DNA of 64,000 nucleotides from Felis catus (Eukaryota), in contig NC_058383.1 of the NCBI RefSeq assembly GCF_018350175.1, positions 3,038,001 through 3,102,000 of the forward strand, written 5' to 3'. Below the pieces are notes generated by a model. That model saw only the letters and a list, made by a program, of their open reading frames with translations, made no database searches and was not told where the DNA came from. Both the position numbers and the translations under genes were made by a program. Below, piece by piece: positions 51,200 to 61,261 of the stretch. Position 1 is the stretch's first letter, and each line of letters begins with the position of its first letter.

Positions 51200-52545
51200 A
51201 AACCAGAAACAGAAACCAGAGACAGAAACCAAGCGAGCCCTCTGACTGGCCCAGCTGTTCTTCTGTGCCAGGATTTCCAGGCTGTGGCTTTGGGGGGGGG
51301 GGCGGGGGGGCGCTAATACCCGGAGGACTCCTGAGTTGAAGAGATTGGAGAATCCAGAGGGATCAAGGCCGAGTGCCCGAGAAAGGGAATCTAGAGGTCT
51401 ACAGCGGTTCTGTGTTGAGTGTTTGGCAGAATATTTATCAGCACGTTTGGTGAGGAGACTCCCCAAGGCCAGGGAAAGGGCTGCCCAGAAGTGATGGCCG
51501 TACTTCCCATGCTCGCCACAGGGCTGGGCGGAGGACCTGTTCTCACCAGCCGTACCCCAAATTCTCATAATTTATGGGGTTATGGGATAGAGGATTCATA
51601 AGTATCTTGGGTCTGTAGTGGGAATTATTAGCCCTTGACCAAATGCAGTTCTGATCCTGCCTAAGATTTTATAAACAAGACCAGGAAGGATCAAACGACT
51701 TTCAAGTATCTTTGAAGCATCAGAGAGCAAAGCCCAAGGATGTTTATAGGAATACAAAAATATCTAGCACCAAACAGGGTAAAATCCACAATGTCTAGAA
51801 TGGAATCAAAGATTATTAGGCATGTAAAGAGGAAGGAAAGCATGACCCTTAAGGAGGACAAAAATCAATCTATTAATCTATCGAGCCAAAGCTGGCACAC
51901 ATGTTAGAATTAGCAGAGAAAGGCACTGAAACATCATAACTGTATTCCCTGTGATCAAAGCTAAATACATACAAGATGTTAAAAGGCCGAAATCAAACTC
52001 CTGAGGATGAAACCTGTGATATCTGAGGTGAAAAACACACTGGATGGGAGAGTAGCAGAGTAGATGTTGCAGAAGAAAATGTTAGTAAACTTAAAGATAC
52101 AGCAGTGGGATTATCCACAATGAAAGGCAGATACAAAAAAAAAAAAAAAAGGAATCAAACACAACGAAAAGAGCATTGGTGACTTACGGGACAACTTCAG
52201 AGAGTCTAATGTGAGTGTGTTTAGAATCCCAAAGGAGGCAGGAGTGGAAAAATGGTTGAAGAAATCAGATGGCAGATGTTCTCCAGTTGATGAAACCTAC
52301 AACCCCCCCAGTGCGGGAAGCTCCTCTGGTCCCTGTAGTGGTGTTACTGGCCAGTGCAATAAGGAAGAAAAATACAAAAGAAATAGCATCTAGATTGTAA
52401 GACATAAAAACGTCTTTTATTGAAGGTCTTTTATTTCTACATCATCTATGTAGAAAATGTGACATTATCTATAAACAAGCTGCTAAAACTAGTAAGTGGG
52501 CTTAGCAGTGTTCCAAGACGTAAGATCAGTGTTCAGAAATCTTCA
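51200..52545 (+). mobile_element. Ancient L1 5'/ORF1 region with a short ORF2 remnant
   Basis: gttagaattagcaga; gaggtgaaaaacacactggatggga..agcaga.tagatgttgcagaagaaaa; gggacaacttcag; ctaaaactagtaagtgggcttagc. Confidence 0.7.
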
Positions 52546-52940
52546 GACCCTGAGACAAAGCAGCTAATTAGGCTTCATTACTACACCATGGGAAAAGACT
52601 CCTCTACATGTTTTTTGTTTTGTTTTGCTTTTGATCTGCTGTGTCCCCCAGTCACCAAGAGGAAAGGTCTGTTTAACAGAACTCTTCCGTTAGGTGACAT
52701 GTGATGACCCACTGGTTTCTCCATCATCTCACTGAACTGAGCGCGACACCCACCCGTGTCTTTGCGCAAGGGCGTGGTGCCCCCAGCTGTCTGGTTTCAG
52801 TTTTCCCGACTTGGTTTATAGTCACTCTTTTCTGCTGCTTAATTCTCCACTGGTCCTGTCCTCTTTGAACTGCCCAGCTCACAATAATCACAGTTATATT
52901 TTGGCTCAAATGAACTAGTCTTACACAGTTTGGCTCCGAG
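52545..52940 (+). mobile_element. Possible old ERV1 LTR remnant (MER34-like 3' end)
   Basis: ttttggctcaaatgaac...ttacacagtttggctc resembles ERV1 LTR U5 ends; weak. Confidence 0.3.
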
Positions 52941-53413
52941 AAGTAGAATCCCTTATAGGCCCATGCTGTTTACAGCTCTGGGTCCTAAGATCTCCTTAAC
53001 GTATTTCAGTCTGGGGTTTTCATTTCAGTATTTTGCTTGTGAAAGAAGCCAGCTATAGACTCTTTCCACTTGTGATTATTATTTTTTAATGTCACATAGG
53101 AAATTTATAAAAAATAGAATTGAAAGTCTAATTATTTATCATCTTCTCTCACAAAAGAAGAATGAAAGTAATCCCAAGAAAGGTATAAGTGGCTTACAGT
53201 TTTCTTTTTTCATAACCTTTTTTTCCCACTTTGAATAAGATTGCGCTTTGGGCCAAGATAGGGAAGTTTATTATAGAACTTGGTTGTTTATTTTCATGCA
53301 AAATAGATATTTTTATATCAGCATAAAAAAATCAAATTGTGGGGTATAGTCTTATCTGAAGTGGCCTGAAATGAATGTAGACCCCCATTCAAAGAAAAGA
53401 GCCTCCTATCTGG

Positions 53414-53627
53414 TTTTTTTTTTTTTTTTAATGTTTGTTTATTTTTGAGAGAGAGAAAGAGTGTGAGCAGGGGCAGGGCAGAGAGAGAGGGAGATACAGA
53501 ATCCGAAGCAGGCTCCAGTCTCTGAGTTGACGGCACAGAGCCTGGTGTGGGGCTCGAACCGCAAACTGTGAGATCATGACCTGAACCAAAGTCCGATGCT
53601 TAACTGACTGAGCTATGCCAGTGCCCT
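53414..53627 (-). mobile_element. CanSINE
   Basis: Poly-T, aatgtttgtttatttttgagagagag, reverse-complement head. Confidence 0.93.
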
Positions 53628-56572
53628 GTGCCTTAGATCTAGTTTTAATGGGCATGAGAGTTCTGTTTTGTGAATTGAATTATGTCACCTGACTTCAGAG
53701 GGAGAAGTGCGGATGTGCCTTCGCTATTCTGAACCACGGTGGGACTGTTAGACCTGTGTCCTTAGAGTAGCTCGCTGTTGTTGGAAGAACCGCTCAACAG
53801 TAAGTAGCCAGTCTACAACCAGGCGGCATTTTGTCAGACACTTTCTAAGCTTTTAGCGCTGCACATTCAGGAAAACTCAGAACAGGTTTATTTGTCCCAG
53901 TTTTGGGGGGATTGTTTATCGCCCAATGGTTCTTAGTGGTTTACCAGGAAGCCATGAGTTCTAAAAGAGAGGATTCCGAGAGGCATTATTTAGGTGTTTC
54001 TGTGACCACTGTGAGTGCCTGGTAACGTGAAAAGATTTTCCAGCTGCGGTTATTTTGGCTGTGCTCTGGAGGGTAGGCCTTCGGGGGTTCTAGGACGAGC
54101 CACGGGGGCAAACTCTCTCTGACGGAAATGGAAAGGGAAGTTGTTGCCTGGACGCCGGGTTGGTCCCCGAACCACCGGCAGACTGAAGGAGCCTTCAGAG
54201 CCAAATCGGCCCGGGAGCCGTTCCCCGCGGGGCTCCTGCCGCTGCTCCCACTGAGCCCGGGATGCCATTGTTTGAGCCTCTGCCCCGACTGGCACTGGAC
54301 ACCGCGCTGTGCCCCTGGTCCAGGGCTCTGCTGAGCCCCGGCACCAATGCCGTCCGACCGCTTCTCCGTTAGCCCCACTTCTCAGCCTCAGGTCTAAAGA
54401 CCCAGAGTACGTGTGTCCAGGGGTCTGCCTCCACTGAGACCCACAGAGTGGAAAATTCTCCAAACACAGGGCAGTGCTCTAGATCCTAGGCAGCCCAAAC
54501 TAGGTCACACGTTCACTCCAGGCAGGGCTAGTCAGGCCATTGTTTACGGGCCGAAATGGAGCTCAGGTTGCTTGTTAGAGAAACCCTGAGGTGGTTCATG
54601 TGGCCCATCCTGAGAGGCAGCTCAGAACTGAGGTATTCTCCTACTGGAGCAGAAATGGACGTTTAAACCCTTGGTTTTATTGTGATTTTGTACTTGATTT
54701 TCTTTAATTTGCTTTTCCTGATAACGAACTGGCCCTGGAAAATGTTCTGTTAGTCTAGTAGAAACTCTGCCTTTATCCAGTGAATACAAACATTCCCTGC
54801 TGTGTTTATTTGAAATAGGAGCAGGCATTTTCTATATTTTGGTGGCATATGGTGCTAAGATTTTATCATACTTTCTTCTAAAGAGCCAGGAAACTTTCTC
54901 TGCTTAAAAATGTGTGTTTATAAACAATGGGCTTGCAGTGAATATTCCCATCTGTTAGGTGAACATAATTTGTGTAGGAATTCCTGTAATAGGTGGAGTA
55001 CTTTGCAACTTTTTGTATATTTTTTCCCTGGCGAGACATGAGACTAAAGAGTTGGTACGGAACAGCATATGCCTAATACTCAATTTTGTATCTGCTCCTC
55101 CCTGTGGTTTGAAAACACTGCTATTTTCATGCATTAGTACATACGATTACTGTAGAAATTCATAAGAATTTAAAATCTATTTAGGACCCTGCAAGAGAGA
55201 GAAAATGGAATGGATAACAATTATATAATCGCGGACATGTTGCAGAGGTGACACTGTGCGTGTGGTTTTTTTCAAACACGTGCTCCTGTGACTCGTGTTA
55301 TTTCATTTCAAAACACCCATGTTGGCTTTGTGTCAACTTAATCTCAAAACCCCTCCTTATTATAATCACAGTTATGTAACCATCAAAGCTGCTCATCCTT
55401 CCAGTCTTGACTTGTCATTTAAATAAATGGCGTTGACTCTTTGTGTTCAGTTTGATCTTACTCTGATTATCCACACTAATTAATTTTGTGTTTGAGATGA
55501 GCCATTCCTCAGAATAGAATAAAATTTTGAAGATTAAAACTCAGTGATATTTTTTCATAAAAGATTTTATTAATCTTGTCATGGGACTGTCAAGATGGTT
55601 ATCAGAGGGAAAACATACTTTGATTAATATTTGCTTAGTGCTGAATTACCTATATTGTCCAAGTGTTTTATTCACTTAAAAATTAGGCCTTTAAGTTCCT
55701 TTTTCAGGTTGACTAATTGGACATACTTGAATAAAAAGTTGAGCAATCAGTTGAATATAAGTGATTTCAAGCTATGCTTAGGAACTGAGCCAAGAAAGCC
55801 TACCATACGTGGTGCTTTTTACCTGAGTTTTAAAAGTTTCTGGTTATCCTTTGTTAGGAGAAGTAGTTTTAAATTGATGATAATTATGTACAGAACCTCT
55901 CTGTAATGAAGGATAGCATCACTCAGTTTTCTCTTTTTCGGAAGATAGCTACCTTTAAGACTGGGTTTTAGCTCTCAGTTTTCTTTTTTGTAGTACGCAC
56001 CTTCCCACGTGTACGAAGTAGCCAGGACTCAGCCTCATTCTTGGTTTGTTTGTGAACATGGCCTAGAAACCAGTTAGTGTACTCTCTCAGGTATTGTGAA
56101 AGGTTGGGGCTCCAGAGCTGTAAAACTCACTTCAAGTGGTCCTTGGTTATAAATCTTACTTGCTTATGGATTTCAAAACATCCTAAGTTATAAAACTAAC
56201 CATAAAGCTAAAGCAGGGCTTTTATGGAAACTGTATCTTTTAAGTACATTTTTTTTCTACTATGAAATGTTACTGAAGTTTTTAGAAAGACTTTGAAGGA
56301 TGACGATTGCTTACAGCCACAACAATGGAAAATACAACTGAAACCACCTTTCAGTTATCCAAAATGTTTTTAAAGTTAATGTCAGACCGTGTGTGGGGAA
56401 GTGGGCAAGGGAAGTGTGTGAATTATGTTGGGGGGGTGGTCTTGCAACACTGAGTGTCCCTGCTCTCTGCCTTGATGACACCCGTGTCTCATCCTGAAAG
56501 TGTTGCTTGAATTTTTATATAGAGTGACACAACACATTATATAAAGATGGTTTCCAGTTCTAGAAATAACTT

Positions 56573-56794
56573 AAAAAAAATTTTTTTAAACGTTTATTTA
56601 TTTTTGAGACAGAGAGAGACAGAGCATGAATGGGGGAGGGGCAGAGAGAGAGGGAGACACAGAATTGGAAGCAGGCTTCAGGCTCTGAGCCATCAGCCCA
56701 GAGCCATCAGCCCCAGAGCTCGAACTCACGGACTGTGAGATCGTGACCTGAGCTGAAGTTGGACGCTTAACCGACTGAGCCACTCAGGCGCCCC
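56573..56794 (-). mobile_element. CanSINE (SINEC_Fc-like) with an internal tandem duplication
   Basis: TSD agaaataactt (56562-72) / agatataactt (56795-805); gagccatcagccca duplicated at about 56687-56717. Confidence 0.95.
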
Positions 56795-57187
56795 AGATAT
56801 AACTTTTAGAAATTCTGATAGAATTATAACACTTTTTGTTGAAAGGTCTAGTTTACATGTAATGACCTTCAGCTGTTTCACATTTGTCATGTGTTCAGCT
56901 AGTTGTGAGTGATAAGTACTCCATGCATGGCATAGTGCTGGGTGCCAGGGCACAGTCATGAACCAGGCAGGTCTAGAGGCTGGTTGCTTGTGCCACTGAC
57001 CGCCTAGCTGGGGAGACAGACATCGATTATGTAATGTCACAGATAAGTTGCATTTGGGGTAAGCATGTTGGCCACGGAAGGATTGCATAGACGGTTCACC
57101 AAAAGTGCTTGTTGAACACTTGCAACATGTGGTGCCAGAACTGCTCTAGACACAGAACCATTAACACTTCTTTTTGGTGTTCGGCAG

Positions 57188-57294
57188 GTACATTATCCCG
57201 TCCTTACAGAGGCTTGACGCTGGGTTTTACCGCTGTGTGGTGCGAAACAGGATGGGAGCTCTCTTGCAGAGAAGATCAGAAGTTCAAGTCGCAT
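57188..57294 (+). CDS. SDK1: Sidekick-1 internal coding exon (probably exon 3), C-terminal part of Ig1: (K)[35 protein letters not shown](Y)
   Basis: Acceptor ggcag (AG 57186-87), donor T|gtatgt (GT 57295-96); 107 nt, phase 2 to 1. Joins the previous exon as AA+G=Lys. Contains the Ig F-strand motif DAGFYRC. Confidence 0.96.
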
Positions 57295-59433
57295 GTATGT
57301 GTGCATTGGAAAAGTCCCCAAGTGATGAATCACAGAAACGAAGTGTCTCTGGGGAATGCCGATCAAAATCACCATTACCTGTTGTGGGAATTGAGACTGT
57401 GTCTTAGATTCTCTTTGGGATAGGGTCATTGCTAAAATTTGTTGGGAGACAGGTAGCCAGTGTAGCTGGCCCAGTGATGGTGATGGGGCTAATGAGGCAA
57501 ACAGCACTTGTGTAAAATTCACCCGTCAGGGGCTCTGTCAGGCACTGTGGAGGACAAAAAGACATAAAAAATGAAAAGGATGCCTTCTCTTTTATGAATT
57601 AGCTGCTCGTGGCTTTTATTATCATTGTTATGTTCAGATTCAAATGTTTTTCAAATAAAAAATTAAACCCAATTAGATAAAATTTCTTCAGTTCATAATT
57701 AGTTCTTTCCAGCAATTTGTTTAGAAATCCTTTAGCTCCACGATAAAAAGTACACGGATAGTAATGTCCTAGACGGTATTACTGTTGGGGACCTGATGCA
57801 TCCTCTGTGGGCAAGACTCATTTTAGAGAATGCAGCTTCTGAAAGTAACTGAAGGGGAGAGACCAGAATGCAGGGAGTTTGCACGTCGTTAGCAGGAATT
57901 GGAGAGACAAGCTGGTCTGCACAAAGCACTTAATACTTTTCTAGTCCAAAACCTGGCAAGGTAGGGTCCTTCTAAAACGGCCTGTCAGCTTTATTACATT
58001 TTGAATTTACTACCGAAATGTCTCTTCATTTAAAAGGAAGCAGAAAGTGTTATGCTACTTTAAATTACGTATTAATACGTTATAACGGATTTGAGAGAAC
58101 TCGAGAGATCCTAAACTGGGCTGTGCCAACCAAAAAAGACAGTATTTTCTCTTTGTTATTTTGACCACAGGTAAGGCCTATAGTTTTCAGTGTCACTGTA
58201 TCAAAGAAAACAATTTCTAGTTACTCGTCTATTCTGTCTCTACACATTTAGTTATGTTTTTAATTACTAGGAAGGCTTAACTTTTCTGAATTGTGGTGAA
58301 GTCACTCGGCTAAATCTTACTGCAGGATAATTTGGAACTTGTATTCAATTGAATAATTGAAAACATAATTAATAAATATGAATTTCAGTTCAATACCCCA
58401 AACATATTTGAATAAGTTAACAGCTTGGAATTTATGGTAATGTATTAAATTCTATTGAATAAAATTAAATTTTGGACTTTTTCTTGGTTAATTATTTATA
58501 TCCTTGTTTCTAGAAATTTATCTTTGGCTCTTAGATTTTTTTCTTTCTTCTCTCCTCCTTTTTGTTAACGAGCTTCACTTTAAAAATAACTGCGACTGTT
58601 CACCTCATCTGTTTCATCTCCTAGAATATTAAATGCTGTTTATTACATAGGAAATAATTTCCTCTGAATAAAAATTCCATTGATAATATAGATTTGCTAT
58701 GGACTATTCCAAATTAAATACATTGAGACAAAAAGACAGCATATAAGTCAAATCTGTGTGTATACACATATATCTGTCTCTAATCCTAACATAGACATTT
58801 TCAAAAGTTTCAAATGTTACTAATTTAAAAATTGGTGTCCTCTGCCCACATTCTAATGACTTCGTTTTTTCCTGTGACCCCATTTCTCAAAAATGTTAAG
58901 CAGCACAAGAGGCTGCAACAGAGCCTACCTGTCCCTAATTAAGTCAACAGTATGGGGTTTGGAGAACCCTGTAAAAACAAGTTCGTGGTTGAAAAAAAAA
59001 TGTCTCTTCCAAAAGATCTGTTAGGGAGACAGTCACCCCAGCAACGGAAAGAAGGAGAAAGTGAACCGGGCAGTGGTGGCTGCCTGGGCGGAACTAGCTT
59101 GAGAAACTGGGGAGTTGGCGGATAGCTAAGGGCGACTGTAAGGTCTCTGTGGCAGTAGGATGCTTCTCCATAGTTTATTCCAGAATTCAAATCAGTTGCA
59201 AACATTTCATCGCGTTATTGCAGCGACAGAGACCACGAAGTTCTGCTGATGAATGCATTTCGTGGGCACCTTGGAGGCATGTGGCTTTGCCTCCTGCTTC
59301 ACTCCCCCACCAGATCTGCCCTCGTCAGCACTGCTGCTCAGTCTCTTCTTGTCTTATAGTTTAATTAAAGCACCGGTGGTGACTTTGCTATAATACGTGG
59401 TTATTTCCATCTTGGACCCTCCACCGCCCCCCC

Positions 59434-59453
59434 AACACACACACACACACACA
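59434..59453. repeat. (CA)n tract about 45 nt upstream of the third SDK1 exon acceptor
   Basis: Read directly from the sequence. Confidence 0.92.
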
Positions 59454-59496
59454 AAGTAGTTTTCTAGAACTCAAAGGGTCTGATTTTTCTCTGCAG

Positions 59497-59644
59497 ATAT
59501 GGGAAATTTCATGGATACGGACCAGAGGAAAACGGTTTCTCAAGGACACGCAGCAGTTCTCGACTTCCTGCCCATCAGCAGCTGCCCCAGACCGCAGGTG
59601 ACGTGGTTTAGAGAAGGGCACAAGATCGTTCCCAGCAGCAGAAT
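59497..59644 (+). CDS. SDK1: Sidekick-1 internal coding exon (probably exon 4), first part of Ig2: (Y)MGNFMDTDQRKTVSQGHAAVLDFLPISSCPRPQVTWFREGHKIVPSSR(I)
   Basis: Acceptor tttttctctgcag (AG 59495-96), donor AT|gtaagt (GT 59645-46); 148 nt, phase 1 to 2. Joins the previous exon as T+AT=Tyr. Contains the PxPxVTWFR Ig motif. Too short to appear in the ORF track. Confidence 0.95.
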
Positions 59645-60496
59645 GTAAGTTGCTCCAACTTTAAAATACAACTCTTCGCGCTTGTTGGCACCATTTATGT
59701 ATCATTTAATGAAGTTCACTGTATCGATTAAGCCCTGAGAAGAATGATGTGGCCTCATAGTCCTTCCCCAGGCCGTGGTGAGTGGCTCTTTGAGGACCTG
59801 GCGGGGAAATGTTTCAGCAGTTTGAGGAAATCGTCATCCCGTAAAGTTAGTCTGCAGAGTGCCGCCCGCCCTGAGTAAAGCATCCTTACTTGGTCGTTGT
59901 GGTCCGTTTTTCCCTTTCTGGATGCGCCTTGTAAGATATTGTCACCCCTGAGTTGTTTAGCTCCGAGTGCTAATTTAATGAGTGCCGGTATTTACTTAGA
60001 GAGCTGTGGGGGTTTTTTCCCTCTTTTTACTGAACCATGTTCGATACCACTTTCTCTGACGATAAAACAGTAATTACTGCTTATTTCTCTTTATCCTTTT
60101 ATCCTGCCGTGACAGTTTTATTTCCCTTCGTCTAATTAGTGGTTCGGCATCTATTGCAGAATACTGCTTTGTGATTAGTTAAGCATTATTTCAAGGTGTT
60201 CCTGCCTATCCCGCATTCAAGGTATTTATCTAATGCCAAACAGATTTTCTTCATTTAGAGCTTTAAGTGATTAAAAGAGAACATTTCATATATATTTCAT
60301 AAGTGGGCATTTTGCAATACAATTTAAAGTTACTATACCAAATATAAACACTGCAGGGATGAGCATTTCTGAAAGAATCCTGAAATGCTATAAGCTTGGG
60401 CTAAAAGTCCAGTACTTACACCATCAGATGGTTGCACTCATACAAAGATTCATGAGAAGAAAATGCTTTTGTTTTATTCTGTTCTTTCCAAAAAGG

Positions 60497-60497
<1 letters not shown>

Positions 60498-60530
<33 letters not shown>

Positions 60531-60575
60531 ATTATATTTATATATAAATATTTATATATTTATATACATACATAT
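60498..60575. repeat. (TA)/(TG)n compound microsatellite
   Basis: Read directly from the sequence. Confidence 0.93.
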
Positions 60576-60827
60576 AAAACACAGTTTGCTGAGTAGGTTT
60601 TAAATGTAACTCTGAAAGTCACTGTGGGGTGTAGACTTGCTTTCTCTCCTGCCTGCCCATCCACGGGATCCCTTCTCTGGTCCAGCTGTCATGCTCTCCC
60701 AGCCGGGCATCTGAACCTGCTTGACCTTAGGCCATTCTGAATCCCATTTAACAAATGTTTCTTACTCTTGTTATTGGAAACAGGAAGACTGTTGAAATGT
60801 ATAAACACAACATTTAAAAATGTTAAT

Positions 60828-61043
60828 GGGGCATCTGGGTGGTCAGTCAGTTAAGCATCAGACTCTTGATCTCAGCTCAGGTCTTGATGTCACAGTTCCT
60901 GAGTTCAAGCCCCTCATCCGTCTCTGTGCTGACAGTTGGGAGCCTGCTTTGGATTCTGTTCTCCCTTTCTCTCTCCCCCTTACCCACTCAAGCTCTGTCT
61001 CTGTTTGTCTCTCTCTCTCAAAAATAAATGAACATTAAAAAAA
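60828..61043 (+). mobile_element. CanSINE, host of a nested insertion
   Basis: Head, CT region and tail; outer TSD aaaaatgttaat (60816-27) / aaaaatgttagt (61284-95). Confidence 0.94.
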
Positions 61044-61050
61044 TTTTTTT

Positions 61051-61261
61051 TTCAACGTTTTTATTTATTTTTTTTGGGACAGAGAGAGACATAGCATGAA
61101 TGGGGGAGGGGCAGAGAGAGAGGGAGACACAGAATCGGAAACAGGCTCCAGGCTCTGAGCCATCATCCCAGAGCCTGACGCGGGGCTCGAACTCACGGAC
61201 CGCGAGATCGTGACCTGGCTGAAGTCGGACGCTTAACCGACTGCGCCACCCCAGGCGCCCC
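61051..61261 (-). mobile_element. Young feline SINEC_Fc-type element nested antisense in the previous SINE's tail
   Basis: CpG-rich intact head (gacctggctgaagtcggacgcttaaccgactgcgccacc); exact 15-bp TSD taaaaaaattttttt (61036-50, 61262-76). Confidence 0.96.

Noticed and set aside
57185..57193. Acceptor followed by GT (cag|GTACAT) as a recursive-splicing exon
   Set aside because: The reconstituted donor AA|GTACAT is weak and the bases are fixed by the Lys-Tyr-Ile codons.
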